This document shows positions 7,167-15,270 of a stretch of 25,240 nt of DNA, one piece after another. The translations under genes were made by a program, and so were the position numbers. The notes below the pieces were generated by a model that had not been told where the DNA came from, searched no databases, and saw nothing but the letters and a program-made list of their open reading frames with translations. Source of the stretch: an uncultured Candidatus Peribacteria bacterium. Lineage in GTDB: Bacteria; Patescibacteriota; Gracilibacteria; UBA1369; 2-02-FULL-48-14. The first letter of the stretch is position 1. Each line of letters begins with the position of its first letter. The stretch is taken from contig CAYHHJ010000001.1 of the NCBI GenBank assembly GCA_964356405.1, positions 1-25,240 of the forward strand, written 5' to 3'.

Positions 7167-7509
7167 CTACGAAGTAGTAAATGGCCGCACCAATGAATCC
7201 GGTGAAGACCATGAGGATGATCCACATTGCCTTGTCTTTGATGTCGTGAGTAGCTGCATGGACGAGCATCATGATCCAGAAAACCATAGTAACGATTCCA
7301 AGAATTCCAAAGACGATGAAGATGCCGAGGCCAGCTGCTAGGAAAGGGCCGGCCATCTCTTGTAACTGTGCACAATCAACGGTTTCACCGTTGAGGGTAC
7401 AGTCTGTAGATAGGTCTGGGCCACCTGGGGCTATATCAGCAAGCGCCATTTGCGCACCAACGGCTAAAGAAGCGAGCGAAGCGGACGCAGTACGGAGGAG
7501 AGCTTTCAT
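7147..7509 (-). CDS. PLDc N-terminal-domain membrane protein with a signal-like N-terminus
   Basis: C-terminal FWIMMLVHAA...DKAMWIILMVFTGFIGAAIYYFVVKR is the PLDc_N pattern. The start is placed at ATG 7509, downstream of an extended -10 box. Confidence 0.78.
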   Translation of the reverse strand: MKALLRTASASLASLAVGAQMALADIAPGGPDLSTDCTLNGETVDCAQLQEMAGPFLAAGLGIFIVFGILGIVTMVFWIMMLVHAATHDIKDKAMWIILMVFTGFIGAAIYYFVVKRHTK

Positions 7510-7530
7510 GGGGAGGAGGTTAATGCAAAC

Positions 7531-7539
7531 ATTATACCA
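7531..7539 (-). promoter_or_regulatory. Extended -10 promoter (TGGTATAAT) for the PLDc_N gene
   Basis: A perfect TGnTATAAT, 21 nt upstream of ATG 7509, in the gap after the ABC-F stop. Confidence 0.7.
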
Positions 7540-7555
7540 TCTTCTCGAGATCATC

Positions 7556-8986
7556 TCAATTGGAACGGAGCTTCAGCGTTTTGGTGATGCCCACTTTATT
7601 CACAAAATACCGGTCGTGGGAAATGAGGATCATGGCGATTTCTTGGTCGAGAAGGAAGCGCTCAAGGTCTTCACGAAGGAAAATGTCGAGGTGGTTTGTT
7701 GGCTCGTCCAGTAGGAGCACGTCGGGCCTGTTGGTGAGTAGGATGGCGAATTCGAGACGGCGTTGTTGCCCGTAGCTGAGGGTTTTAATTTTGCTATCCA
7801 CGAGCTCGGCGGGGAACAAAAAGTTCGCCAGTACGCTGCGGCCCGAGGTGTATTCGATTTGCGTCTGATTCCCGAATTCGTCGAGCACGGTTTTATTTTG
7901 ATCGAGCTTGGAAAACTGGCCAAGGTAACCGATTTTAAGGTTGGCTCGCAGGTTTACGGAGCCGTCATAATCTTTATCACCCCCACTGAGGATGCCGAGC
8001 AAGGTGCTTTTGCCGGAGCCGTTGGAGCCTTCCACCAGCACGCGGTCGCCGTGTTCTACTTTGAGCACCGTGTCTTTCAAAAGTTCCTTGTCACCAAAGT
8101 GTTTAGAGTTAATGCGCACGTTCATCACCATGCCTTCTTGGCCGGTTTTGAGCGGCTTCATTTTCACGCGGGGATCGGGCACAGGGGCGGGTGGGGCCTT
8201 TTTTTCCATGCGTTCCAGGGCCTTCTTTTTTTGTGCCACGGTGGCGGTGAATTTGAACTTGGGGTGGTTGGCGTTTTCGGCGAGCCAAGATTCAAGTTCA
8301 TTCACTTCGCGCATGCTAAAATCATAGAGTTGCATGCGTTTTTCATAGCGTTCATAGCGCTCCACAAGGAAGCGGTCGTAGGAGCCGCTGTAGACTTCAA
8401 TGCCGTGCTCAGCCGTGATTTCCCAGATTTGGTTGGCCACCGCGTTGATGAAAAATCGGTCGTGTGACACAAAGGCCACTGAGCCTTTAAACTCATTCAC
8501 AAAGCCCTTCAACCATTCGATGCTGGCGTGGTCCAAGTGGTTGGTTGGTTCGTCTAAAAGTAGGATGGTCGGCTCGAGCAGCAGGAGTTCGGCAATGGCG
8601 ATTCGCACGCGTTGTCCACCACTCAGGCTCTTAAGCGGCTGCTCTAAAATTTCCTGTGGCAGATTCACGTCTTGCAGCACCATGTCGATTTGGTAGCTCA
8701 TCCAGTCTTCTTCGAGTTTGGTGGTCAAGTAAGCTCCTACGGTTTGTTCTTCGTCAGGGAAAAGAATGTCCTGTTTGAGGTAGGCAATGACTTCTTGAGA
8801 GCAGTTCACGCTGCCGTTGGCCGGTTCGAGTTCGCCCGTGATCAGCTTGAGAAGTGTCGATTTTCCACATCCATTTTTCCCCACAATCGCCACGCGTTTT
8901 TTGGATGCGCCATCGAGAGATACGCTGATGCCTTCAAAGAGTGGGCCGGAGGCGGTTTCGTAGGAAAGGTCTTTTGTGAGGAGCAT
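7556..8986 (-). CDS. ABC-F family ATP-binding protein (ribosome-associated, no TM domain)
   Basis: Two NBDs: GKNGCGKST / LSGGQ / LLLDEPTNHLD / SHDR and GSNGSGKST / LSYGQ / LLLDEPTNHLD / SHDR, joined by a helical linker. The start is placed at ATG 8986; the track start overlaps the divergent gene. Confidence 0.93.
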   Translation of the reverse strand: MLLTKDLSYETASGPLFEGISVSLDGASKKRVAIVGKNGCGKSTLLKLITGELEPANGSVNCSQEVIAYLKQDILFPDEEQTVGAYLTTKLEEDWMSYQIDMVLQDVNLPQEILEQPLKSLSGGQRVRIAIAELLLLEPTILLLDEPTNHLDHASIEWLKGFVNEFKGSVAFVSHDRFFINAVANQIWEITAEHGIEVYSGSYDRFLVERYERYEKRMQLYDFSMREVNELESWLAENANHPKFKFTATVAQKKKALERMEKKAPPAPVPDPRVKMKPLKTGQEGMVMNVRINSKHFGDKELLKDTVLKVEHGDRVLVEGSNGSGKSTLLGILSGGDKDYDGSVNLRANLKIGYLGQFSKLDQNKTVLDEFGNQTQIEYTSGRSVLANFLFPAELVDSKIKTLSYGQQRRLEFAILLTNRPDVLLLDEPTNHLDIFLREDLERFLLDQEIAMILISHDRYFVNKVGITKTLKLRSN

Positions 8987-9006
8987 TTTTTGCTTTAAGC
9001 AGGCGG

Positions 9007-9013
9007 TACTATA
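9007..9013. promoter_or_regulatory. Putative bidirectional promoter (coincident -10 boxes)
   Basis: TACTAT on + (9007-9012) and TATAGT on - (9013-9008) lie in the 42-bp gap between divergent starts. Confidence 0.5.
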
Positions 9014-9028
9014 GGGTAAGATTCGTCT

Positions 9029-9604
9029 ATGCTCAAGTTCACGCATCTTCATTACGAACAAAACTGGTTCACGGCGTTCTTTTCTATGATGAAGAAAGTG
9101 GTGATGGATGCGAAGACAAAACAGCCGGTTATGTCCTTTAAACAGACCTGGGGGAACAGCTTTTTGGTTTATGGTGACGCACAGTTTGGCAATTTGATTG
9201 TGGAGGCCAGGTTTTTACTAAAAAGAGCTGCTTTTGAGTGGGACGTGTATGAGAACGGGAAGCCCGAACCCTTTGCACACATGAAGTCCTATGTTTTTAG
9301 GGGAATCATGGCGCTCGGGTGCGAAGTTTTGTCGGTTACTACCCCTGATGGCCGAGCTTTTCTGAATCTGGAGCGCGAAGAGAAGGCTATCTTGAAACAT
9401 GTGGTAGACAGTATGGTGGATCTGTACAATCCTACGCATGTCTACACTCTAAAAAATGCCGAAGGGAAGTCTCTGGGCACGATTTCTGTGAAGCACGGAA
9501 TTTTCAAAGGAGTTTACGATTTTGTGATGGAGGATGGAACCGAAAAAGAGCGGGCAGCGGGGCTGGCGGTGTTTGCGTACATTCTGCTTTCCATGAAGAA
9601 GTAA
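9029..9604 (+). CDS. Hypothetical protein, possibly LURP-one/scramblase (Tubby C-like) fold
   Basis: A 191-aa ORF fills the gap, with repeated beta-rich segments (V/I-x-D/N-x-x-G-x-x-x-G-x-I) and a hydrophobic C-terminal helix. The family resemblance is by eye only. Confidence 0.55.
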   Translation: MLKFTHLHYEQNWFTAFFSMMKKVVMDAKTKQPVMSFKQTWGNSFLVYGDAQFGNLIVEARFLLKRAAFEWDVYENGKPEPFAHMKSYVFRGIMALGCEVLSVTTPDGRAFLNLEREEKAILKHVVDSMVDLYNPTHVYTLKNAEGKSLGTISVKHGIFKGVYDFVMEDGTEKERAAGLAVFAYILLSMKK

Positions 9605-9613
9605 TCTTTTCTC

Positions 9614-10657
9614 ATGAGTCGTTCGAAAGACCTTTTGACAGAGCCGGTACAGTCTGCAAAAAAGGCAGGACTTTTGTATGTGCATGACAGCGCGCCGGGC
9701 ATTGAGCGGACAAAAGCAGGGAAGGGTTTTACGTATGAACTGCCGAGCGGAGCGCGAGTGAAAGACGCCACAGTTTTGGAGCGGATTCGAGGGTTGGGAA
9801 TACCTCCCGCCTGGAAACAGGTGTGGATTTGTACGCACGAAAATGGACATTTGCAGGCTACGGGGCGCGATGCACGCGGACGACTACAGTATTTGTACCA
9901 TCCGCTGTGGCGAGTGGTTCGCAGCCAAAATAAGTTTCATCGCATGCTCACTTTTGCAGAGGTGCTGCCTAAAATTCGGCGAAAAACTATGCGTGGTTTG
10001 GAACAAAAAGGACTGACGCGAGCGCGTGTGCTAGCGGCCATTGTGCGCATCATGGAAAAGACTTTGATCCGTATTGGGAATGAGGAATACGTTAAAGACA
10101 ACGATTCTTTTGGACTCACCACCATGCGTAACAAGCATGTGAAGGTGGAGGGAGGGGTGGCGCTGTTTCACTTTAGGGGCAAGAGCGGCGTGGTGCATGA
10201 TGTGGAATTGGACAGTCCTAAATTGGCCAAGATTATTCACCAGTGTCAGGATTTGCCCGGGGAGGAGCTCTTTGGATTTTTGGACGAAGCGGGCCGAGCG
10301 CACGACCTTGGTTCCCACGATGTGAATTTGTATTTGCAGGAACTGAGTGGCGAGGAGATCACGGCCAGGTATTTTAGCACGTGGTTTGGAAGCGTGCATG
10401 CGATGCAGGAAATTGAGGCTCTTGGGTCGTGTGAGATGGTAGCCCACCGAAAGAAAAATATTGTGGCGGTGGTGGATTCTGTTTCTAAGCAACTCGGCAA
10501 CACCAAAGCGGTGTGCAAAAAATCCTATATCCACCCCGGCATTTTTGAATGGTACTTGGCGGAAAAGCCGTTTAAATTTTCGTGCACATGTCCTGAGAAT
10601 TCGGTACTGCGGGAGGCGGAGCATGAACTGGTCCATTTCCTAAAAGCCAATGCCTAG
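9614..10657 (+). CDS. DNA topoisomerase IB (bacterial/poxvirus type); one catalytic Arg is substituted
   Basis: GRDARGRLQYLY, RIGNEEY (R153), GLTT, FRGKSG (K190) and LGNT..VCKKSYIHP (N296, Y305). The AKDFRTW motif reads ARYFSTW. Confidence 0.93.
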   Translation: MSRSKDLLTEPVQSAKKAGLLYVHDSAPGIERTKAGKGFTYELPSGARVKDATVLERIRGLGIPPAWKQVWICTHENGHLQATGRDARGRLQYLYHPLWRVVRSQNKFHRMLTFAEVLPKIRRKTMRGLEQKGLTRARVLAAIVRIMEKTLIRIGNEEYVKDNDSFGLTTMRNKHVKVEGGVALFHFRGKSGVVHDVELDSPKLAKIIHQCQDLPGEELFGFLDEAGRAHDLGSHDVNLYLQELSGEEITARYFSTWFGSVHAMQEIEALGSCEMVAHRKKNIVAVVDSVSKQLGNTKAVCKKSYIHPGIFEWYLAEKPFKFSCTCPENSVLREAEHELVHFLKANA

Positions 10658-10750
10658 AAACTTTGCATAAATATTTGCGAGTGGGGCGGCTTTTGCTTGT
10701 GCTTTTGGAGAAATAAGGTTATTTTGGCGGTAATTTTTTCTGCAAAAAAT

Positions 10751-13132
10751 ATGAAAATTGCACTCATATGTGGAGGGCCATCCATGGAACGAGGGATCTC
10801 GCTCAACTCGGCGCGCAGCGTGCTCAACCACTTGGAAGGGGACGGAATTGAAATCGTGCCGGTCTATTTTGATTACAAAAAACGGCCGTACCATTTGGAA
10901 ACCTCACAGCTCTATTCCAATACGCCATCGGACTTTGATTTTAAACTTCGCGAGACGGCCAAGTTTTTGAGCCAGACCGCGCTGAAGAACTTACTTAAAA
11001 GTTGTGACATCGCTTTCCCCGTGATGCACGGACAGTTTGGGGAAGATGGCGGCATCCAAAGGCTGCTCGAACGATTCAAAGTGCCCTACGTGGGCGCGGA
11101 CATTGAGGCCTGCAAGCGTTGGGACAAACATGTGGCCAACGAGTTTATTCGGGCCAACGGATTTTATGCGCCGCCTTGTGCGCTCCTCAAAATCAACCAA
11201 GATGACCATAAGAAAATCATCGACGCGTTTTTTAAGGAACATGGAATTAAGCGAGCCGTGGTGAAGCCGGCGAGCGGGGGGTCCAGTATTGGAGTGTACT
11301 CCGTGGAAACGCCCGCAGAAGCATTGGAAAAAGTGAAACTGCTCTTTAGCCGACGCATGGATACGCGCGTGGTGATTGAGCCCTTTTGTACGGGCACTGA
11401 ATTCACGGTGATCATTTTGCAGAACCGCTTCAATATGCCGGTCGCTATTTTGCCCACGGAGATAGAAACGGATTACCAGAAAAACCAAATCTTTGATTTT
11501 CGCAAAAAGTATTTGCCCACACGGCAGGTGCGTTACCACTGCCCACCGCGATTTAGTAATGAAGACATCGAGCGCATTCAAGTGCAGGCCGAGCAGCTTT
11601 TTAAAATCATGGGCATGCGCGACTTTGCGCGTTTTGACGGGTGGCTGATGCCGGACGGAAAAATTTGGTTTTCGGATTTCAACCCTATTAGCGGAATGGA
11701 ACAGAATAGCTTTTTGTTTCAACAAACGGCGCGCATTGGATTCAGTCACCGGGATCTTTTGTACTACGTGGTGAAGCACGCAGCCGATCGCTACGGAATT
11801 GTGATGCCGGCCAAACGTGAGCCGAGCGTGGCGAAGCGAAAACCCGTGAGCGTTTTATTTGGAGGTGCTACGTCCGAGCGGCAGGTGTCTGTGATGAGTG
11901 GAACCAATGCCTGGCTTAAATTGAGGCGCAGTGAAAAATATGATCCACGGCCTTACTTTTTGGATTTGAATGGCGAGGTGTGGGAGGTGCCGTATGCGCT
12001 CACACTCAATCACACGGCTGAGGAAATTTTGGAGAATTGTGAGGGCGCTGAAGAGGGCGAAAAACGGTTGCGATTTTTGGAAGAAAAAGTGAGGTTAAGG
12101 TTGGCTTTGGAAAATGGCGACACCAGTGAACCCTTTTTCATTCCACACAAAATGAGTCTGCAGGAATTTATAAAGCAGAGTCGATTTGTGCTGCTGGGAC
12201 TCCATGGTGGGATTGGGGAGGATGGAACGCTTCAGCGTATGCTCACGAAGGCGGGCGTGAAGTTCAATGGGCCGAGCGCGGAAACGTCTGCAGTTTGTAT
12301 GGATAAGGCAGAGACTGGTAAGCGCCTTGCTGGCCTGGAGAAATTTGGGATTTTTGTGGCACCCAAGCAGACGGCACGTGCAGTGGATTTTAAGGGTTTT
12401 AAAGTCAAGGGCTACGAGAGTTATTTTGCTGAATTGCAAAAGAAGCTTATGGCAAAAACGGTCATTGTGAAGCCACAAGATGAGGGCTGTTCGTCCGGGA
12501 TTGTGCGAATTTTTAACGCCAAGGATTTGCAAAACTATATGCAGCTCGTGCTTGCCAATGCTACGCAGATTCCACCGGGAACCTTTAAAAATCAGACCAC
12601 TCCGATTGAAATGCCCCTCGAAACCATGAATCGACTTTTGTTTGAGCAATTTATTGAAGTCGATACCGTGCGAGTGAAGGGGAACCGATTGAAGTGGCGT
12701 CGCAAAAAAGGCTGGGTGGAGGTGACGGTGGGTGTGATTCAGGATGGAAACAAGATCCACCACGAGGGCGCTTTGCACGCACTCAGCCCCAGCTTGACCG
12801 TTGCGGAAGGCGAGGTGCTTTCGGTGGAAGAAAAATTTCAAGGAGGCACGGGTGTGAATATGACTCCGCCGCCGGAGAGCCATGTGAAACCAGCCGTGCT
12901 CGCGCGCGTCAAAAAATCCATTGAAAAAGTGAGTGAGGTATTGGGCATTGAAGGCTACAGCCGTCTGGATGCGTTCATTCAAATAGACACGGGAGACATT
13001 ATTTTGATTGAAGTGAATACGCTGCCCGCGCTCACGCCGTCCACCGTTTTGTTTCACCAGGGTCTCGCGGAGAAGAAGCCGGTGTATCCGCTGGAACTTT
13101 TGGAGAAAATCGTGGAGAATAAGGGGTACTAG
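10751..13132 (+). CDS. ddl: Tandem two-module D-alanine--D-alanine ligase family protein
   Basis: Two complete Ddl/ATP-grasp modules: GGPSMERGIS / HGQFGEDG / VKP..GGSSIGV / ARFDG / DFN and GGATSERQVS / HGGIGEDG / VKP..EGCS.G / SRLDA / EVN. The start is placed at ATG 10751. Confidence 0.9.
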   Translation: MKIALICGGPSMERGISLNSARSVLNHLEGDGIEIVPVYFDYKKRPYHLETSQLYSNTPSDFDFKLRETAKFLSQTALKNLLKSCDIAFPVMHGQFGEDGGIQRLLERFKVPYVGADIEACKRWDKHVANEFIRANGFYAPPCALLKINQDDHKKIIDAFFKEHGIKRAVVKPASGGSSIGVYSVETPAEALEKVKLLFSRRMDTRVVIEPFCTGTEFTVIILQNRFNMPVAILPTEIETDYQKNQIFDFRKKYLPTRQVRYHCPPRFSNEDIERIQVQAEQLFKIMGMRDFARFDGWLMPDGKIWFSDFNPISGMEQNSFLFQQTARIGFSHRDLLYYVVKHAADRYGIVMPAKREPSVAKRKPVSVLFGGATSERQVSVMSGTNAWLKLRRSEKYDPRPYFLDLNGEVWEVPYALTLNHTAEEILENCEGAEEGEKRLRFLEEKVRLRLALENGDTSEPFFIPHKMSLQEFIKQSRFVLLGLHGGIGEDGTLQRMLTKAGVKFNGPSAETSAVCMDKAETGKRLAGLEKFGIFVAPKQTARAVDFKGFKVKGYESYFAELQKKLMAKTVIVKPQDEGCSSGIVRIFNAKDLQNYMQLVLANATQIPPGTFKNQTTPIEMPLETMNRLLFEQFIEVDTVRVKGNRLKWRRKKGWVEVTVGVIQDGNKIHHEGALHALSPSLTVAEGEVLSVEEKFQGGTGVNMTPPPESHVKPAVLARVKKSIEKVSEVLGIEGYSRLDAFIQIDTGDIILIEVNTLPALTPSTVLFHQGLAEKKPVYPLELLEKIVENKGY

Positions 13133-13135
13133 CTT

Positions 13136-13537
13136 ATGGATTTCCCCGTTCCCCTCAAACAGAAATTTTTAGATAAAGCTGCGAAGCTCCGTGTTTTTCC
13201 GCAAGACATCGATGAGCAGTTCGTGCGCGGTAGTGGGAGTGGTGGGCAAAAAATGAACAAGACGGCGAGCACCGTGTGGCTCAAACACATTCCAACGGGG
13301 ATTGAGGTGAAGTGTCAGGATCAGCGTGAACGTGAGGCCAATCGCGTGGAAGCGTACCGTATGCTACTCATGAAAATTGAGGAGAAAATTCTGGGCAAAA
13401 AATCCGAGATGGCGCAGAAAATGTTCAAACTGAGGAAGCAAAAAAAACGCCGCAGCCGTAAGGCCAAGGATAAAATGATGGACGCCAAAACTCAGCGTGG
13501 GGAATTGAAAGAAAATCGTCAAAAGTTGAAATTCTAA
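13136..13537 (+). CDS. Stand-alone GGQ peptidyl-tRNA hydrolase (release-factor homolog, ArfB/C12orf65-like)
   Basis: RF-1 domain SGSGGQKMNK...LKHIPTGIEVKCQ, followed by a long basic C-terminal helix; no codon-recognition domain. Confidence 0.9.
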   Translation: MDFPVPLKQKFLDKAAKLRVFPQDIDEQFVRGSGSGGQKMNKTASTVWLKHIPTGIEVKCQDQREREANRVEAYRMLLMKIEEKILGKKSEMAQKMFKLRKQKKRRSRKAKDKMMDAKTQRGELKENRQKLKF

Positions 13538-14241
13538 TGTATAAAAAACCTTTTTATTTAACGGGTAGATGTGGCAACAACGCCTTTTCCTATGAGGAGC
13601 GTGGGTCGGAGCCTAAGCTTTATGTGCCGTCGGTTATTGAGGGAACCTTTGGCGATGTGGCTGAGGGTGACGAGGTGGTTTTTGCAGATAAGGATGATGA
13701 CGGTGTGCTCCAAAACTGCAAGGGACTGAAGCACTTTGTGAAGACACACTTTAACGGAGTGCCGGTGGTCATTGTGGACAATCATAATCAGGTCTTTTAT
13801 TTTTGGTACGAAGCTTTGAAGCAGGGCATTTTGCAGAGGGGTGCGAGCTTGGTGCACATCGATGCGCACAAAGACGCGCGGGTGCCGGAAGTGCTATTTG
13901 AAGGTGGCGATTTAGAGGCGGCCTTTCGTTACACCAATGAAGTGCTCAATGTTGGAAATTATATTATTCCTGCCCAGAAAGAAGGGCTCGTGGGCGAGAT
14001 TCAATTTGTCACGGGTGAGGCTGCTTTGGAGGACGCTTCGTTTACAGCGCTGGGCAATAAAATCCTCAACCTCGATTTAGATTTCTTTGCAACCGACCTC
14101 GATTACATCCCTTTCGAAAAAACCAAGGCTTTTATTCTGGAGCAGGCAAAGACAGCTTCGCTCATAACGGTGTGTACGAGTCCCTTTTTTATAGATCAGG
14201 ATTTGGCCATACGTAGGCTAGTTGACATTTTTGGGAAATAG
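13537..14241 (+). CDS. UPF0489 family protein (arginase/deacetylase-like fold)
   Basis: Motifs VDNHN, VHIDAHKD, NVGNYI.PA and LDLDFF; TAATG overlap with the upstream gene. Confidence 0.8.
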   Translation: MYKKPFYLTGRCGNNAFSYEERGSEPKLYVPSVIEGTFGDVAEGDEVVFADKDDDGVLQNCKGLKHFVKTHFNGVPVVIVDNHNQVFYFWYEALKQGILQRGASLVHIDAHKDARVPEVLFEGGDLEAAFRYTNEVLNVGNYIIPAQKEGLVGEIQFVTGEAALEDASFTALGNKILNLDLDFFATDLDYIPFEKTKAFILEQAKTASLITVCTSPFFIDQDLAIRRLVDIFGK

Positions 14242-14268
14242 ATCATAATTCAGGCTACCAATTTAAGT

Positions 14269-15270
14269 ATGGATGGTCTTGAGGCTGTAGCTGCGGGGGG
14301 TCAAAATGAAGAAAGAGAGTCTTTCTCTCTAGCGAGACTGGATGACGTGCAAAGTGAGGAGCAAATAGCCCTAAGGAGAATCCATAATGCTCAGGAAGTG
14401 GCCCGTGCCGCCCTTGAGGAGTGTAAACTGCTTACCGTTAGGGCTGAGCGTTACTCAGCTATTCTACTCGTGCTTGCAGAGGACATTGGTCGGTATGAGG
14501 ACAGTACAAATAGTCTTTTTTCTAGGATTGAGCAGACTATTACTCCAGTGATTGCTTTGATCCGCGTCGCGCTTACTACGAAAGTAGCTTTGGAAGAGCA
14601 TCTAGCCACAAAAAAAACTAGGCATACAGCTGAATTGACTCTTAAACTGACGGCTTTATATAAGCTCTTTAAAGTAGCTCATGACATTAATAATATGCTA
14701 GCGGTTGTGAAGGGCTACCTTGAACTTGCTTCACTTGGCGTAAAGGCGTCCAGGGGCATCGCTTCTGCCAATACCGCATTAACACAAATAGAAGCACTCT
14801 TACTTGAAGCGACTGCCGAGCCAGAGTGTAAGCGCCAAAATCTGGTTGAGGCACTGCACATTCTTGAGAGTGAGAAAGCTGGGCTGGAGGTGGACTTCAA
14901 CTCCAGTATCCCAGAAGCTGAGTATGGTGCTGAGGTAGACATGTCACCAAACGATCTTGGCCGCCTCATCTTCGATCTGTTGGATAATGCTAAAAAAGCG
15001 GGAGCTACTGAGGCGAGGGTTAGAGCCCTTCTTTTAGACGGGAAGCTTGCGATTTGCGTCAAAGACAACGGCCCGGGATTTAAAGGACTTGATCGGTTGG
15101 AGGCTTCCAGATTGAGTCGGGCAGCAGGTGCCGAGCACGGGAATGGTATAGGAATTTGTGAAGAGATCTGTTTTAAGGCTGGGGGAATGCTCATCCTTAT
15201 GGACAAAGATGATACGACGGGAGCCGAGTTCCTTATTTCTTTGCCGATTCGTGCAGCAGCCCGGCACTGA
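14269..15270 (+). CDS. Soluble orphan sensor histidine kinase-like protein (HisKA + HATPase_c)
   Basis: H-box AHDINNMLAVVKGYLEL, N-box DLLDNAKKA, G1 VKDNGPGF and G2-like HGNGIG; no TM segments. Confidence 0.78.
   Translation: MDGLEAVAAGGQNEERESFSLARLDDVQSEEQIALRRIHNAQEVARAALEECKLLTVRAERYSAILLVLAEDIGRYEDSTNSLFSRIEQTITPVIALIRVALTTKVALEEHLATKKTRHTAELTLKLTALYKLFKVAHDINNMLAVVKGYLELASLGVKASRGIASANTALTQIEALLLEATAEPECKRQNLVEALHILESEKAGLEVDFNSSIPEAEYGAEVDMSPNDLGRLIFDLLDNAKKAGATEARVRALLLDGKLAICVKDNGPGFKGLDRLEASRLSRAAGAEHGNGIGICEEICFKAGGMLILMDKDDTTGAEFLISLPIRAAARH

Noticed and set aside
7511-7714. A perfect SD-like GGGAGGAGG before ATG 7523, opening a 63-aa ORF antisense to the ABC-F 3' end
   Set aside because: This genome does not appear to use SD sites, the ORF is a shadow of ABC-F with no motifs, and no + strand promoter was found.
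10711-10750. Palindrome AAATAA-GG-TTATTT and an A/T-only hairpin before ddl
   Set aside because: They are short and AT-only with no second copy, so they are not distinguishable from chance.
9614-14241. Four consecutive genes best known from eukaryotic homologs (TopIB, plant DDL, C12orf65, C5orf22-like)
   Set aside because: All four families have bacterial members, composition matches the host and there are no mobility signals, so there is no basis for a eukaryotic island.
14610-14617. A8 homopolymer in the histidine kinase gene
   Set aside because: The frame is intact and the tract is short, with no sign of phase variation or frameshifting.
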